From an uncultured Candidatus Kuenenia sp. (GTDB lineage: Bacteria; Planctomycetota; Phycisphaerae; Sedimentisphaerales; CAMDDF01): 26,980 bases of DNA. The DNA lies in contig CAZITB010000024.1 in the NCBI GenBank assembly GCA_964542055.1, positions 1-26,980 of the forward strand. The letters are read 5' to 3'. A program made the position numbers and the translations under genes. The stretch's first letter is position 1, and each line of letters begins with the position of its first letter. Shown in pieces: positions 25,657-26,980 of this stretch. A model generated the notes under the pieces. The model saw only the letters and a program-made list of their open reading frames with translations, made no database searches and was not told where the DNA came from.

Positions 25657-26980
25657 ATGTCGAAAAAGAAATTATATACAATTATAGGTTTAATAGTAGT
25701 AGTGTTCACTTTAGTTCTGGTTTCAGGATTATTTGGTAAAAAGAAAGGCCTTGAATTCGAGGGTCCAACATTCGAAGTAGCCCGAGGACCCCTGACTATA
25801 AGCTTTGTGGAATCGGGAACTATCAAAGCCCGCGACCAGATCATAATCAAAAATGAACTTGAAGGCCGCACTTCGATAATCTCGCTTGTACCTGAAGGCA
25901 CAAAAGTGGAAAAAGGAGAATTACTTGTCGAACTCGATGCCAGCACCTTAGAAGATTCCAGAATTGACCAGGATATCAGGGTTCAAAATACCGAAGCGGC
26001 CTATGTAGGAGCAAAAGAAAAACTTGCTGTCTCAGAAAACCAAGCTAAAAGCGACATCGACCTTGCAGAGCTTGAACTTGAGTTTGCTAAACATGATTTG
26101 GATAAATATTTAAATGGTGAGTACCCTTATGAACTGGATAAAGCAGAAGCAGATATCACATACGCCCAGGAAGAACTTGCACAAGCACGCGAAACCTTAA
26201 AATGGTCAAACCAGCTTTATGAAGATAAATACATTTCGCAAACTGAACTTCAAAAAGATGAACTTGCCGAAAAGAAAAAGGCTCTTGATGTTCAGCTGAC
26301 CGAAAAAAGTAAAGACCTTTTAACCCAATATACTTACAAACGCACACTTGTTCAGTTAAAGAGTGATGTTTCCCAGGCCGAAATGGCACTCGAAAGAACC
26401 CGGCGCAAAGCAAAAGCGGATGTTATTCAAGCTAACGCTGACTTAAAAGCAAAAGAAGCTGAATATTTACGTCAGAAAGATAAGCTTCAAAAGATTTTAG
26501 ACCAACTCGAAAAAACTAAAATATATGCCCCTGCTGATGGGCTGGTAATCTATGCTACAAGCGCAAACAACAGCAGCTGGCGCGGTAATTCAGAACCTCT
26601 CGAAGAAGGTTATCAGGTTCGTGAACGCGAAGAACTGATTTACCTGCCTACGGGAAATTCGGCAAATGCTGAAATTTCAATCCATGAATCGAATTTGAAG
26701 AAAACCCGCATCGGTCAGCCTGCTGTCATAAATATAGATGCTCTTCACGGCAGTACTTTCTATGGTACAGTAAACAAGATCGCCCCCCTGCCCGACGCAC
26801 AGAGTTTTTGGATGAATCCTGATTTAAAAGTTTACAAAACCGAAATTTACATCGACGGTGAAAATGAAAATCTCCGAACCGGGATGAATTGCCAGGCAGA
26901 AATAATTATCGAACAATACCCCGATGCTTTGTATGTGCCTATACAAGCTGTTATGTTGGTAGGTAACCAGCCTACTGTTT
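25657..26980 (+). CDS. HlyD/MacA-type periplasmic adaptor (membrane fusion protein), 3' end cut by the window edge.
   Basis: N-terminal TM anchor (LYTIIGLIVVVFTLVLVSGLF) and a long coiled-coil hairpin. Beta-barrel and lipoyl-like segments (IYAPADGLVIY, GQPAVINID). Not in the ORF track because no stop is reached before 26980. Confidence 0.8.
   Translation, partial: MSKKKLYTIIGLIVVVFTLVLVSGLFGKKKGLEFEGPTFEVARGPLTISFVESGTIKARDQIIIKNELEGRTSIISLVPEGTKVEKGELLVELDASTLEDSRIDQDIRVQNTEAAYVGAKEKLAVSENQAKSDIDLAELELEFAKHDLDKYLNGEYPYELDKAEADITYAQEELAQARETLKWSNQLYEDKYISQTELQKDELAEKKKALDVQLTEKSKDLLTQYTYKRTLVQLKSDVSQAEMALERTRRKAKADVIQANADLKAKEAEYLRQKDKLQKILDQLEKTKIYAPADGLVIYATSANNSSWRGNSEPLEEGYQVREREELIYLPTGNSANAEISIHESNLKKTRIGQPAVINIDALHGSTFYGTVNKIAPLPDAQSFWMNPDLKVYKTEIYIDGENENLRTGMNCQAEIIIEQYPDALYVPIQAVMLVGNQPTV

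Noticed and set aside
1-26980. CRISPR arrays, IS elements, integrases, rRNA
   Set aside because: No 25-40 bp direct repeats with regular spacers and no transposase- or integrase-like ORFs. No rRNA-like conserved stretches. The only tandem repeat is the 7-bp x3 at 13292-13312.

Overview
The window splits into two parts. Positions 1-8159 are a plus-strand defence island. It begins with a Type I restriction-modification operon: the 3' two-thirds of hsdS, which carries an unusual ~195-aa C-terminal extension, followed by hsdR, which is overlapped by a DUF45/M48-like HExxH metal-hydrolase gene. A two-gene Gabija-like module follows (OLD-family ATPase-Toprim nuclease plus a compact UvrD-like helicase). 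hsdM is presumably upstream of the window. A 370-bp G-rich noncoding segment (8160-8529) closes the island. The remaining ~19 kb reads like core genome of an AT-rich bacterium with sigma70-type promoters. The TolC, CorA, Aas and flotillin genes suggest a diderm. This stretch encodes a GNAT acetyltransferase, a small 4Fe-4S ferredoxin and a NarL/LuxR-type response regulator. Next come a ~1050-aa membrane multi-PAS/GAF HisKA_3 sensor kinase and a stand-alone TrpB2. Then follow a DEAD-box RNA helicase, an SPFH/flotillin protein and a lipoprotein alpha/beta-hydrolase overlapping an Aas (acyltransferase/acyl-ACP synthetase) homologue. Finally there are MiaB, CorA and a TolC-like outer-membrane factor with the start of a membrane-fusion protein. 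No rRNA, tRNA, CRISPR array, transposase or integrase was recognised. Most worth a second look: the HsdS C-terminal extension (possibly a Panacea/DUF4065-like domain), the hsdR-coupled DUF45 hydrolase, a Cys-rich insert in the GajA-like ATPase, and a triple heptamer repeat at the sensor-kinase promoter. Also notable: an Aas homologue whose acyltransferase catalytic motifs look degenerate, and the G-rich noncoding island boundary.
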